The notes below the pieces were generated by a model. That model had not been told where the DNA came from and did no database searches. It saw only the letters and a program-made list of their open reading frames with translations. Shown one piece after another: positions 1 to 13,652 of a stretch of 64,000 nt of DNA. Origin of the DNA: Chrysomallon squamiferum. Its lineage: Eukaryota > Animalia > Mollusca. Positions within the stretch are counted from its first letter, which is position 1. Every line of letters starts with the position of its first letter. Location: positions 12,462,001 through 12,526,000 of the forward strand of contig CM022678.1 in the NCBI GenBank assembly GCA_012295275.1. The letters are read 5' to 3'. The position numbers and the translations under genes were made by a program.

Positions 1-725
1 TTATAGTTGCCTGTGTCTTCCTCATCTTTCTCTGGTATCCAACTAAAGATTAAATTGTCACGCATGAAGTGAGATTTGTAGATCATTGTATTTTGCTCTA
101 AAGTTTCTAAACTCAGTTTCTAATTTACATATTTGTGGTTCACATACTGTTATTATTATCTCTAAGTTTGCAGTGACAACAGATTTCAAATTTCAGAGAT
201 CTTTTTTATTCCTTTAAAACTGTTTATTATTGTAATTCATACCTATTTCCATATCTTGCACTTATTTCTTGATATCCATCACTTTACCACTAATGTCTTG
301 TACAGTTATATCCATACTATTCAGCCATTTCTCAATCAGTTCAAGATTTTTCAATTCATCACACATAACTTTCTAGTCAAAGCATGTGATTTTATACTGA
401 CGTCTTCATTTTATACTGACATCCGTAATGCTGTCCATGTTGTCCATACTGTGACTGCTGAGACTGTTGAGTTGATGTTGACTGATAAAATGGTGCAGAT
501 GAACATCCAAGCTCACTGTTCTGTGTATTTGACATCCAGCTTGGCTTTCTCAACTTACATTTTTACTCTTATTTGTTCTCTTTTTACCTTTTTTATTTTC
601 ATGTTGCATACTCACATATCTTTAGCAATAATTTACATTGAAAAAAACAGATAAAATAACATTTAAAACCATCAAACATTATATATTTTCACAGAGAAAT
701 GAGAAACACAACTTTCATTTCCATT
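1..725 (-). mobile_element. LINE 5' end (5'UTR plus decayed L1TD1/RRM-type ORF1), continuing off the left edge
   Basis: The reverse strand at ~1-70 reads MRDNLIFSWIPEKDEEDT, the ORF1 RRM motif (S)MRDNLIFxGIPE. Blocks such as gtgactgctgagactgttga, actgataaaatggtgcagatgaacatc and atgttgcatactcac are shared with the LINE copy at ~29930-30330. Confidence 0.75.
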
Positions 726-759
726 CACTGTATCAGTAGATGCCCACATTACTGCTGCT

Positions 760-1945
760 AATTATTTTTATCTCTGTTCTCATTATTTAAACCATCAAGT
801 TTCAGTTTTGCTATTTCTTTTATAATGTTTGAAGTTCTCTGACCAGGAGCAATCATAGCAGTTTCTTTCCATTTGTTTATTATATGGGATATTTTAGAAA
901 CTCTTCATCTTTCAGTGATGGATGTGAAATAGTTTCTTCATCATTGCTTAGTGTCATTAAATCTGTGAGGAAGAAACAAGCAGTCATTGTAATGTAACTT
1001 TTGTTAGACACTCCAGGCATCACAACAGATTCTAACAAGATGGAAACAGAACACACTTCTAGCAACTCTGCTGTTTTATTTGGAAACTTAGTTGTAAACA
1101 TCAGAAACAAACAGTCAAACACTAAATAAATGTGTATTTATTGTCACACTGCTTCAAATAGGTACACACATTAATCAGCTGTTTTGTTTGAGTCCAGTGT
1201 TTTCTACACTCAGTCTCACTCTAGCAGTCTTACTAATTTCATTAGGTCACTGTCAAAAGGTGAATCAATGCTGAAACTGCCTTGTTGGAACAAGATCAGC
1301 AGTAGAACCAGGTAATTGATCTCTGAAGGTTTATAATTTTTCCAATTTTCCAGCTGATATGTAACATATTCTACTCAGTTGTTAAAAAATTCAGCTTCTC
1401 TTTTTTTGTGCGTCACATGAGTTAACATAATACACACACACACATCTGAGGAAATCCTAACTGTAGATGAACTGTCAGTGACAGTGTATTTATAATTTAT
1501 AATCATTGTAATATCATTTTGTTCAAGATATTTGTTTATAATTTCTTTCTTTTCATCATAATCCAGACAATAGACATGTCTCTGCAGATCAAGAACATGA
1601 TTCTCATTAAACAGACCAAATTCCTTCAAACTAATTTCACTTTCTGAAAATATTTGTTTTCTTAAAGAAATAATACATTTCAAAAACCATCCTGAACAAG
1701 ATTCCATATCTTTTGAAATTTCATTTTCCATCAGTTATAAAATCTGAAACAAAATTAGTCTTACCAAATATATCATCAATGAGAACAACACATTTCTTAT
1801 TTCTAGAGAGAGAAACAGCTGTAAAAGTCTCTGCAGAAGAAATAGCTGTGATGTTGACTGAGGAATAAACAGCTGTTATTTTAGAAGAAATTGTTGAATT
1901 CTCTTTTATTTTGTCACCCATATTGGCTGACCGGTAAAAAAATAA
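760..1945 (-). pseudogene. Novel STAND NTPase 3 (nSTAND3)-like P-loop NTPase pseudogene
   Basis: Adjacent frameshifted ORFs (1721-1921, 1375-1731, 880-1122) give a Walker-B-like VVLIDDIFGKTNF, then CIISLRKQIF..LFNENHVLDL..DEKKEIINKYL. A degenerate Walker A (TGQP/MG-K) lies at ~1915-1936. This motif order matches the nSTAND3 domains common in mollusc proteomes (from recall). Confidence 0.65.
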
Positions 1946-1949
1946 TATG

Positions 1950-2207
1950 AAACGTGTTATTTAACTCATTTTATTTAATGTTACTGTGGTGAGATGTATA
2001 GTTAAGGAACATTCAGTAACAAAAGAAGAAACCCACTGCTGTCACTCAACTTTTGTTTATTAACAATTAATATTTCATTTACACCTGCCCACAGACAGAA
2101 CATACTATTTATGCATCAGTTGTTGAGCATTGCTGAATTGAAAATAGCTCAAGAGGAATTGATCCAAAGACCTACTACACCTTGCACACTTACTAGAGAC
2201 CTATATC
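1950..2207 (-). mobile_element. tRNA-derived SINE (degenerate)
   Basis: The blocks gaaacccactgct, cccacagacaga, aaatagctcaa, gaattgatcc and gacctatatc follow the reverse-complement order of a gastropod tRNA-head SINE (recognised from memory). Confidence 0.6.
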
Positions 2208-2209
2208 TA

Positions 2210-2536
2210 ATACCTTATATGAACACTAGTATTAGCATTTTAGAGTATTCTCAACTTTTGTTCTACAAATATATGCTTTGAAATTTCTTTTAAAGGAATC
2301 AAAGAAAAAAGGCTTTAATAAATGTCCTAATTTTTTAAAATCAGGTGTTAGATTATGTTATATAGAAATAATCATGAAAGAACAATTTCACAATACTGTT
2401 ACATAAAAACATAGCTCCAAGTCTAATTAATAACTGTGATTTGGATTTATTATTTTTCGTCTTTTTAGGGGGTGGTGTTGGGCAGTCTGGGGCAGATTCT
2501 GGCTCTGGTTGCTGTGTTTCTTGGCTGTTCTGAGAC
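2210..2536 (-). pseudogene. Upstream exon of the nSTAND3 pseudogene (Pro-rich linker plus helical, possibly HEPN-like region)
   Basis: There is a good acceptor (tgtgtttcag) before 2536. The ORF reads SQNSQETQQPEPESAPDCPTPPPKK..LIRLGAMFL.. and continues with in-frame stops up to the SINE, on the same strand as the NTPase remnant. The HEPN assignment is weak. Confidence 0.35.
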
Positions 2537-4037
2537 CTGAAACACACATAGATTCACTAGTGCTGTTCTAAATTTTTCTAAACATTACAAATATACTTTG
2601 GCAAAAAATAAGGGATCAGATGTTGAAATCACTGGAAATGAACTAAACCTCTGCAAGTAACGTTTAAAACATGTAGAACAATCAGAGTTGAGCTATAATT
2701 AAGGATTTATGCTGGTAATATCAAAATAAGTTACACTCACTCATCTTACTAAATTATGTTACATAAATAATGTAAATGTTTGTGAATGACAGGTGTGACT
2801 GATTTCACTGTGACAGGCCAGTGTATCATGTCTCCATGTTTTTCTTAACTGCAGTATGATCACATATCAGATAAAGATTTTTCACTCTAGCTCAAACATT
2901 CAGTGTCAGCATAAACACAAAGATGGCAGATAATAGGATTGCATTCAATAGATATTCCTCAAACTTATAGGACATTAGCGTCATCAATCAATTAGTGACC
3001 TCCAACACTCTACATCCAAACCAATGCTATAACTCTTCAGCCATGACCAGTCATGAGTCCAGTTTTGAATCCACTGGAGCACATTTTGAACATCAGTGAA
3101 CATTTTATACAGAGTAGAATCAGCTTAGCACTGGAAATGATTTCAGTTGACCATTTGACAAATATAACTTTTAATTGGAGGGATGAGTTGGATGTTGGAG
3201 GTTGAATGTTTACTTGTCATTGAATCCTTTAATGACAGATGTAATCTAGAGACTCAAAGTAACATTTTCTCTCTGAAACAGATTTCTTAAACTATTTTAT
3301 GAACTCTCGGAATCATATTATTAACTGTTAAATATTTCATTTACACCTTCATAATTATGTATTAATATTATTAAGAATTATCCTATATCCAATACTGGGG
3401 TGTTTAACATTTTTTTTCATGTATATTATATTTCATGTGTATTATATTATACTTTCCTGTGTTCTACTCAGTTTTTTAGTGTGTCTGCTCATCTATTTGT
3501 ATTCATTTTAATTCTTAAAGTATTTAAAAATATAGTATTTTATTTAGTGTAAATGACTGTTATATCTGTTAAATAAATATTGTTCAGTTATTCTCTATTG
3601 TGTTTCTGTGTATAAACATACTGTGAGAATTTGTAGACTTTATGATTTCATGTTAATGTATAGACACATTTCATCTGTGCTGTGTTTGAAACTGTCATCT
3701 TAGCACTTTTTCTCTAAACTGTATCTATCAAAGCAAAAAGTGCAAACTGTTTTGTCTCAGATAATAATTTCACAAATAGCTGAGTTTGACTCAGTAGAAA
3801 CATTTATAAAAGTATTATTATATTAATTAAGTCTTTTTTTTTATTATTATTTTTTTTACATATGGACATGTACATTTATTTATTAAAACAGGAGGCTTTA
3901 ACTGTATTCAATAAAAATGCAGATAAGAAAATGAAATTTTGAACAATATTATACTAAATCATTTCAAATGGTTTTCTTTACTTTATTGTTAATATTATTA
4001 TTGTTATTGTTATTTTATTGTTATTGTTATTGTGTAG

Positions 4038-6061
4038 ATATGAATGAGTGTATATCAACTGATGTCACTATTACTAAATATACTGATATTTGTACTAACA
4101 GAATCAGTGTATTCACTTGTTCCTGTCTGGCTGGGAAGAAACTTAAAAATGACCAGACAACATGTGTCAGTAAGCAGAATTTCTCATCACAAAATAAAAT
4201 AAAAATAAATTTTTAAATATTTTAAAAATATTCTTCTGTTTTGAAATTCAGAGCAACTTATTCTGTAAAATTAGCAATTATACTTTTAATATAATTTTAT
4301 AAATTTTGTTTTATAAAAAAATACTAACACTAAAGTTTGATTTTAATTTAATTTATTTATTTTAAATTTAAATTTTATTTTTCCCTTTCAGTCCATTGTC
4401 AGTGTAAAGCTGGCTGGGTGGTGTGTGATGTGAAAACAACAGAGATGAATGTAGTGTTTCAACAGTTTCATGTCAAGCAAACAGCAACTCCAAAAACCTG
4501 CCAGTCTCTTATCATTTGAGTGTATGTCAGGATATCACAACTTGCCAAATGAATGTATAAGTGAGTAAGATATACTTAATAAATAGTTAATTCACTCAAT
4601 ATTAAAAGTTTAGTAACAGGTTGAAATTATAACATTTTATATAATAAACAGTTATATGCAATGAATTATTTCTTATTATTTATGAAATAGTTATATGATC
4701 AAAATGATTGCTTATTACTTTAAAAATAGTGATATTCTAAAAACATTACTCTATTTTACTTTAAAAAAAGTAGTTAAATGATACAAATGATTGATGAATT
4801 TTGTACATCATTTTGTGATTTTAATTACCAAAGAAATCGGAATGGAGGTTTTAGACTGAAATATTACATAGAAATTAGTTAATTAATACCTCAGTGACAA
4901 CATTAACTTTATCTGCATTAAAATGTAATAAATAAATAAATAAAATAATAAAAATATCATTTTATACTTGTTAATAATTTTTTATTCAAAATTAAGGGAA
5001 TGTTTATTATCAACTTTCAGTGACGAAGAAATTAGCATTGTTAAAAACAACAAAAACGAAACCAAAACAAACCCTGTTTAGTACCAGCTAACTTTATTTT
5101 TTTCAGTTTGAGTCACAGTAATGTTTAGCAACATGAAAAAAAACAAAAACATTTTTTATTTAAATGTGACAAAAGTTTATAAAATTATAAAATATTTTAT
5201 TTTCATTTGTGTCAGAATGTGATAAAATTGTAAATGATTTTAGTTTGACAAAATATAATAAAGTTATAAAACTATTTTGTGTTCAGTTGTGACAGTGCTG
5301 CAGTGAACAGTTCGTGTGAACAGGGCTGCAGGGTGCCTATCACAGTGGAGCAGTGTTTGTGTAGAAATGTTTACCTTGAATTCAGACAACAAAACATGCT
5401 CAGGTGAGTCAGTTCTATCTGGTTCTCAGGTTAAATTGTTCACTTCAAGCATTCTTAGTTTATTCATATTTTGAGTGTAAGTGTTATCTCTTTCAATCTT
5501 AATAGTCAGCATTTCTGCCATTATCTGTTGTATTTTTTTATTGTTAATAATGTCATGCTCTTTATATATTCATGAAATCAGTTTCTAGCTTATGTATGCA
5601 TTAGCAGCTTTTCTGCTATTCAAATAGTTAAACTCCTCATTTCTGGAATTAAGAAAACATTTCAAAGCAGTTAATAGTGTTTATGAAATTTGTTAGAATT
5701 TATGAATAATTTTAATTTTTATTAAGAATAGTTATATCTGTGTAACTTAAACTTGACTAATTTTAGAAATGCTCAAAACCTCTCAGAATCTATGAATCTT
5801 AAATGTTGGTTAATCCATATATTTCTTATAAATAATTTTTGTGTAAATGATACTTGAGTAATTTCAGAAACTTCTCAAAATGTATGAGTAAGTTTAATTG
5901 TTGTTAATGACTGAGATATGATTTATCTGTTTCTCCCTTTCAGATATAAATGATGTAATTCAAAAATATTTCTACACAGAACTAAAACTACTATGATGGA
6001 AGCTTCACATGTAACTGTATGGATGTTTATAAATGGGAAACTGACAAAATTACTTACAGAG
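4038..6061 (+). pseudogene. Four decayed EGF/calcium-binding EGF exons (fibrillin/mucin-like gene fragment)
   Basis: AG..GT exons: 4038-4169 (DMNECISTD..CTN..FTCSCLAGKKLKNDQTTC), 4392-4560 (CQCKAGW..DECS..C), 5287-5403 (CEQGC..CLC..NSDNKTCS) and 5944-6061 (DIN-C..YDGSFTCNC). Exons 2-4 carry frameshifts or lost cysteines. Confidence 0.75.
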
Positions 6062-6169
6062 GTATATATAAATATTATTATATCACACACACAGCAACAC
6101 ATGAACAATAAAAGATTCACACACATGAAAACAAACACACAAACCTCCATATACACATAACACATAAAC

Positions 6170-6525
6170 AGTGAATTGAATGAAATCAAATCAAATACTG
6201 TGAAATCACTGAAATTAAATGAAATGAAATGAACGAAATGAAATGCATTGCAGTGAAATACAATTAAATACAGTAAATGAAATGAAATGAAATAATAATA
6301 AAATAATATAAATGAAATGAAATGAAATAATAATAAAATAATATAAATGAAATGAAATGAAATACAATACAACACAATACAATACAATAAATGAACTGAA
6401 CTAAATGAAATGAAATTAAATGAACTAATGATAAAATACAACAAAATTTGTGAAATAAAATGAAATAAATACAATGTAATGAATGATATGATTCTCAATG
6501 AAATAAAGTGAAATAACATACAATG
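6170..6525. repeat. Degenerate (GAAAT)n pentamer satellite
   Basis: Repeated gaaatgaaatgaaat with aatac variants; this explains spurious ORF 5923-6519. Confidence 0.85.
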
Positions 6526-8759
6526 CTAAATTAATGGCTTTATTACAGTTAGTAAAAAAAATCATGAAAATAATTAAGTGACAACCCATCCCATTTGAAT
6601 CATATCAACCTTCATTTTACATGTAAATTGTATAATATTGTTTATACAACTCTGAATATTATTTTAATTTAATAATATTTATTTTATTTTTTCTTCAGGG
6701 TCCTTTAACTTAAGCTTGTTTTGAGAATGAAAGAAAATGTGAGAAGTGACATTGATTCTAAGTGACTTGTTCTGTTTACTCAAGTTACTCTTATTGTACT
6801 GAACAAATTAAACATATAGAAACAGCAGAAAATAAAATATTTCCACAACAAATATGACAAACTGAAAACTTAAAGAAAGTTCCAAACCAAAAGTAATATT
6901 TTAAAAACAGTTCCCTGTTATGTGGACTGCATTACCGAAGAATTTATACAGTCAGACATAGACCAGTAGACAGAATGTTTGGACCAGACAGTCAAGTGTG
7001 AAAAAAAAAATATTTTTAAAAATGTCTGATGTAGAAATCCTTGATTTACTGCTTTAAAAAACTACAAATTGTATAGCTCAAGGGAGATAATTTTATTATT
7101 ATAATTTTTTTTTATTAAAGTACTGGTAAAGATTTATTGATATGTTTGTTAATAAAGCATAAAATGGAAGAAGATCTGTTGTTTGGAAGACATTTTCTTA
7201 ATGATTACTTCGCAGATTACATTATATGTCAAGTTGTTTACTAATTTTTAAAATTTTTCTAACCAAATGTGTTGGTATTTTTTTAAATTTTATTTTATTG
7301 ATATACTGTTATTGGATAAATCAGAAATTTTGTTTTGTAGCATTCTCAGCACCTTAAACCTTTTTAAATAATTTAAATAATTTTTTGATTTGAAAGTTCA
7401 GATACATCTTATACCATATTTCTCTAAAAATTTTATTAAGGATTTTGTTGAGGCTTTTCTAAAATTATCTTTTTTATATGCAAAAGTAGGTTTGATGTTG
7501 ATCTTGTCGTTTTCATGTTCAAATAAATATTTCAAATTATTTTGGTTTCTGTTTTTCATTAGATTTTTTAGCTAGTATTTTCATCAGACTTGAAAACAGT
7601 TTCCTAAGAGTGAGGAATATTTTTATATAGTTTTGAAATAATAGATATAATTGTGGAAGTAGTGATACAGATAATGTTGCAGCAGTTAGTAATAGAATTA
7701 GTTGTAGTTGTAGTAGTAGTAGTAGTAGTAGTAATAGAAATAATACTAGCAATAGTAATACTAGTAGACGGTAATAAAAATAACAATAGCATAAGTAATT
7801 CAGGGAGTACTGTAATAATGGTACTATTATTAATTTTGTTTGCTGTGTATTCAGAAAACACCATAAACACTTTGCTTGGAGATATATAATTTTGAATTTT
7901 GCTTGTATTTCAAATGACTGAAAAATTTGGCTGTTGGCAGAATATAATATTTAAATAGTTTATTCGATCTTTCTATCTGTCTGTATCTGTCTCTCTCTCT
8001 CTCTCTCTATCCATCTATCTGTCTGTATATGTGTGGAACCACTCATTACACATATTACATAAAATAACTAAAGTGATTCAAGTCTTATTGCTGACACTTG
8101 CTAAATATGCTTTTCTTTTTTTATTTATGACAGGTAATTATATTCAAAGATTTAAAATAGGTAGTTATAAATGTTTATTTAAACCCTGATTTCTCCTTCC
8201 AAACAAATATTTAAATTATTCTGAGTTTTGTTATTTATATTTTTAATTTTAATCTAGAGTCACAGACAAATTCATAAGGTTAAGTGGAGTGGAACAGTGA
8301 TTAACAAATTCAGTGTTTAGCTGTTACTGCAGACATTCACTCGATGTCAGACTTATGGGAGGTTAAAATCTGCGGAGCAAATCTTATTTTTTTACAAAAT
8401 GATAATACATTATAATACAATGTATATGTATATATATATATATATTCCAACATATTTTAATTGTTATTTTCTTCTTCTTCTTCCTCTTCTTCCTCTTCTT
8501 CTTATTCTTCTTCTTATTATTATTATGATCTTTTAAATTAACAAAGAAATAAATGTTCGATTCGACGAATTCAGTAGTTTGCTTATTACAATAATACATC
8601 GTCGTGTAGACTTGAACGTTCACTGCGGATTCACTAAGTATTTCCACGTCACATCCAGTACCAGTGAGAACTATCGAGTGTTAAATCCTTGGACGTTTTT
8701 CTTTATAGCGAGTTTCCTCACGAGACATTGTACAAATGATGTTAGCAGTTGTTAATAAA

Positions 8760-8839
8760 AGTAATAGTTGTGTACTACTGCTGCTACTACTACTACTACT
8801 ACTACTACTAATAATAATAATAATAGTAATAATAATAAC

Positions 8840-8873
<34 letters not shown>

Positions 8874-9099
8874 GTAATAGTAACAATAATAATAAGGCCA
8901 CTCTGTAAATTAATTAAACTCATTCTATGTTCACGTATTAAGCTATGCATAATAAAGCAGCGAATAAACAGACAGGTAAACTCATTTTTCAGCCCTCCAC
9001 TATTGTTGGGTTTCACGGATAAAACACTTTAGATGATCATGATCACAACTAGTTGTATTATTATTATTGTATCTCAGCGAAAACCAGTGCTACACGACT

Positions 9100-9182
<83 letters not shown>
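8760..9182. repeat. (CTA)n/(ATA)n and (CT)n microsatellites
   Basis: Directly visible; (CT)n spans 9101-9182. Confidence 0.95.
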
Positions 9183-9185
<3 letters not shown>

Positions 9186-9527
9186 ACAGAAAATTATAAC
9201 TTTCACTTTATATTAAAGTAATTACAGTTATTAAACTTTATTACGTTTTCAAATGTTACAATTATGCTTCTAATTTGGGTATATTGGTGATAATGTATTA
9301 TTTTTAATAAACGTGACATTTAAAAGATGTGCCCCATATCTGTCTAGTGTCCACCTGAATGAATCTGACATTGTCAAACACTTAAGAACTGTTCTCTCGT
9401 TCATGCATGGAAACCAATAGTATATGTTCAGATCTGTCAACTAATGGAATATACTATAATACACTAAATTAATATCAGGTGCGTGCTGAGTTAAATTCTG
9501 GCTGCGTGCGCTTACTGTTGTGTACCG

Positions 9528-9583
9528 AGAGCCGGCGCCAGACTGTCTGGCGTCCTAGGCAAGGTTAGATTCGGTCACCCCCA
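9528..9583 (+). mobile_element. GC-rich MITE/DNA-transposon terminus fragment (Harbinger-like)
   Basis: agagccggcgccagactgtctggcgtcctaggcaagg resembles the common GGGCCGGC..GGCGCCCTAGGCAA terminal motif. No partner end was seen. Confidence 0.3.
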
Positions 9584-9992
9584 GGAATATATCAGTTTCA
9601 AATTTTTAAAACAGTTATTTTCAACATCCTATGCGATCTCTAGAGGCAAGATTTTTCAGTTACTGACATTTAAATATCCTACACAATCCATTTCTTTCCT
9701 TGCTTATACCATTAAAATAAGGTGTACCGCTGTCAGTTTGATTCCGCAACAAAGTGAAGATTTCGTACACGCGTGATTCTACGAAGAGATTCGTGGCCTA
9801 TAAAAACACGTAAATAAAATTACGTCCTGAAAGTTTCATGTATGCCCGATTTTCACTCACTCATTTTGTTACAGTTCTTTCTTTTTTTGAGTATGTTATT
9901 AGTGGTGGTTGATGATATCAGAAACCGGATTCCAGTAAGTTTATTATTCAAATTTAATAATAAACAAACAAATAAATAAATAAATAAATAAT

Positions 9993-9993
<1 letters not shown>

Positions 9994-10069
<76 letters not shown>

Positions 10070-10093
10070 GTGTGTGTGTGTATATATATATAT
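9994..10093. repeat. (CT)n(GT)n(AT)n compound microsatellite
   Basis: Directly visible. Confidence 0.95.
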
Positions 10094-12454
10094 AATTGTG
10101 ATCGTAAAAAACATTCTGCTAAATGTCACATGTCAGGTTTCCAACAAGAAAATAATGAATAAAGACAAAAAAAAAATAACAACTAAGAAGTGCGGTGGAA
10201 TGGATGTCGTACTTTCGAGTCTCGTCAGTGACATCAGACTTTGTGAATGGACTTCTGTGCTAGTGCGTTGCAGATTAGAATCAGACATAAATAAGACACA
10301 GCATATTCATTCCTAAATGTATACATATATACATATATATATATATTCATACAGGTCAGATACACGTATACAGATTTCGAAATGTATTTTATTGTTCTTA
10401 TTTTTATATACACCCCCCTGAATTCTTTTGTATGTAGTTATAAAATGTATCATGTATGTGAAAACAGCGTCGCTTACCAGAAAAAAAGACAGACAGTAGT
10501 AATAGCAATTTTCTTCTACCGAAATTTACCACGGATTAAATAAATGTATGTCGACATAATCAGATTCAAGGAGACTGCTGTCCATGTGCTGACTTTAACC
10601 ATTTTCGGACAGTAGTTACACAGGAAATTCAGAGTTTATAATTTTAAACACAAAAATAAACTCCGAAGACCAAAATCCGTCCACTTGTACAAACCTATTA
10701 AGAAATAAGCTCTATCCGTAAAATGTCTCCAAAAGTAAATTATTTTCTGTAGTCAAAAATTATGTCTAAAAATAAATTCATTTGGCCGCTGATCCTTTGA
10801 GAGATAAACTTTGTGCCTGTGTTCCCAAACAATGAGTTTGGATTCAAAGTAAACCCAACATAATATACTTAAACTGGTTACGTATCTTAAATGTAAACCT
10901 AATTCAGGTAAAGGAAATAAGCACCATAATATAGAGTTAGGTTCAAACATCGAAAATCAAAAACAAAACGAGAATTTTATGGTAGCGGATCTTAAAGATT
11001 GTCTTTGTTATAACAATAAAAATGGATATCTATGAACCAGTTTTTCAACAGATACATTTCTCTTCTGTATACTAGGGCATAGATAATCTTAATAAAGTAA
11101 TAATGTTTATATGTACATAATCTTTTTATTATTATTATTAAGATTGTGAAGTCTATATATATCATATAATATAAAGTAACTATAAACTAGAAAAAAGTCA
11201 TTTTGTGTGTGTGTGTGTGTTAGTAATTATAATAAGTAAAGAAACTGCTGGTTTTGTATAACAAACATACAAAATTTTAAAATTTAAGAATTGAGATAAA
11301 ATGGCTATGGCCAACAAACAAACAAAGTTTTAAAATGTGTCAGTCTAGGCTGGCTTCTCTTACTCTTTGAATTCGATGTTTTCATTGACATCTGCAGTAA
11401 TCAAATAATTTGTAATCTTTGCACAATCCGGCGAACCCTTTTGTGAAATGGTGTTCAGTGGACCTCGAAATTCTGACCTTGTTTTGATAAACGTTTGACA
11501 GCGGGTTAGGGTTAGATTTTATCTCAGTTGTTGTGTCATTAAAGGCGTATATGTTTCACACACACACACAAACACACACTCACACACACACACACGACTT
11601 ATAACTTATAGTAATATAATTATTTTTCTCTAATTAGGTTTCAGTTGACTGATTCCGTTTTCTTAAATCAAGTTTACCAAAATCCGTAAATAATTCAATT
11701 GTTTTATGTTATTTTCTATTATCATAAAATATGTTTCTAAATTAATAAGCAGTTGATGGTTTATTTATCTAATTTATCTACAACAATAACAACAATACAA
11801 CAACAGCTACAAGAACAGCAGCAACAACAACAATAATAATAATGACAAAGAAAACAGAAACTATTATTATTATAAATTTTCACAAAATCTGATCTTTTTT
11901 TTTTCTGGTGAAACCCTCATTCCTCTGTACTGAGGTCCGTACCTGAGTTAAATCCTAGATGTGTGCGCTATTGTAACATTTAAAAAAAAAATAATAATAA
12001 TAAAAAAAATAAACATTTAAAAAAAAATAACAAACAAATTAAGGATAAAAAATATTGTATAGGAGCAACAACTACTAGTATTAACGCTAATACTTATACT
12101 AACACTATATTTACTCTGTTACTACTAATACTACTGTTAATACTAATACTTTTATTACCATTATCACAAAACTGCTAATAATAATAAATCTGTTAATTAC
12201 TTTTGCTATTTTACTTTATTTATTTATTTATTTATTTATTTAATTTTTAATTACTGCTTGTGATAAATGTTAGGAAATATATTTTACTTCACATACTGCA
12301 CACTTGCGGTCAGGATCTGAATTAATTTTTTCATACACTTATGACAGCGTGAATTCAAAACGGGACTAAACAGAGCCAAATATGTTTCGCATCGATAAAC
12401 AAACAGAATGTAAACTTCTGTTAAACTGAACATGTGGGGTATAATCATGTGGTT

Positions 12455-12685
12455 GTATGCCTGTGTGTATGTGTGTACATTGTGTTGGTGTATTGTGCTT
12501 GAATGTGTGTCTGTATGCGTTGTATGTATTGTGTATGTATGTGTGTATGTGAATGTGTGTGTTGTGTTTGTGGGTATGTATATGTATATGTAAGTTGTAT
12601 AAGTATTTGTGTATATGTGTATGTATTTGTGTTGTGTGTGTATGTATGTATGTGTGTGTGTGTATATGTGTGTGTAGGTGTGTAA
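12455..12685. repeat. Degenerate (GT/AT)n low-complexity tract
   Basis: Directly visible; explains spurious ORFs 12284-12757 and 12503-12685. Confidence 0.9.
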
Positions 12686-13484
12686 CTTAAAACATCTTTC
12701 TTTTCGCTCGAGTATTTGATTCATCGTGATTAATGAAATATCTAAGAAAACCTTCATTCCAGCTAGTTTATCATTGAAACTTTAAACAAATATAATACAT
12801 AAAGTAATACTGATATTCTCTCTGACAACTAATAATAACTCTTACTCAGTGAGATTTGTTACACAGTTATAAACACGCACACACACACACACCGGCACAC
12901 TCACGTATATAAAAGGTTTCTTTCTTTTCTTAGATGAAAAGAGTCACTTGATAAATTTTTTACTATTTGTAGGTTAGCATTTATACAGCTTGAGCGAGAT
13001 AAGTATAAGTACATAAATTACATTCAGAAATATTAATATTGTACATACTGTCGAGTATTAGATCAGGAAATAAATTTGATTAAATTCATATTATAATAGG
13101 TTAGATCGTGAATTTAAGCTGTAAATTATGTTGAAACGTTTGTGTTGTATTGTTTAATTGGAATGTACTTTATTTCTTTATTTAATAAGTCGATTTATCT
13201 ACATCATCATTCTATGTGGAGTATGTTCTCGTGAATATATCTGTCATTATAAAACACTCGTAACTTGTTTTATCGTTCACACCAGCAAACAAACAACATA
13301 GTAAGTTCCGCTTCACTAAACAAATAAAATGTTATCTGAACCAATTTCAATTATGTCATGCGGTGTATGGAGACTTGAAAAGCTATATAAAAGAAAAAAG
13401 TAGAAGAAAAAAAAAGAAAGGTAGAAGCAGAAGAACAAAAAATTTCTTTGTTCGTCAATGAAACAAAATTTTATTTTATCTCAT

Positions 13485-13531
<47 letters not shown>

Positions 13532-13652
13532 AAGTGAAATATCCGACACTTGTTCAATTAACGGTGTCTAGAAAGAAAAAAAGAGAAAAATGAAAGAAAT
13601 CTTTGTGTTATGGTTTAATTGGAATGTAATGAGATAAAATAAAATAAAATAA

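Noticed and set aside
256-654. 132-aa + strand ORF
   Set aside because: It is antisense to the LINE 5' region and has no domain.
5923-6519. 198-aa Phe/Ile/His-rich ORF
   Set aside because: It is a translation of the (GAAAT)n satellite.
7537-9221. Poly-Leu/Ile/Thr/Val/Ser ORFs on both strands
   Set aside because: They come from trinucleotide and dinucleotide microsatellites, with no splice or domain support.
11503-11516. gggttagggttag telomere-like motif
   Set aside because: Only two units, which is expected by chance or within repeats.
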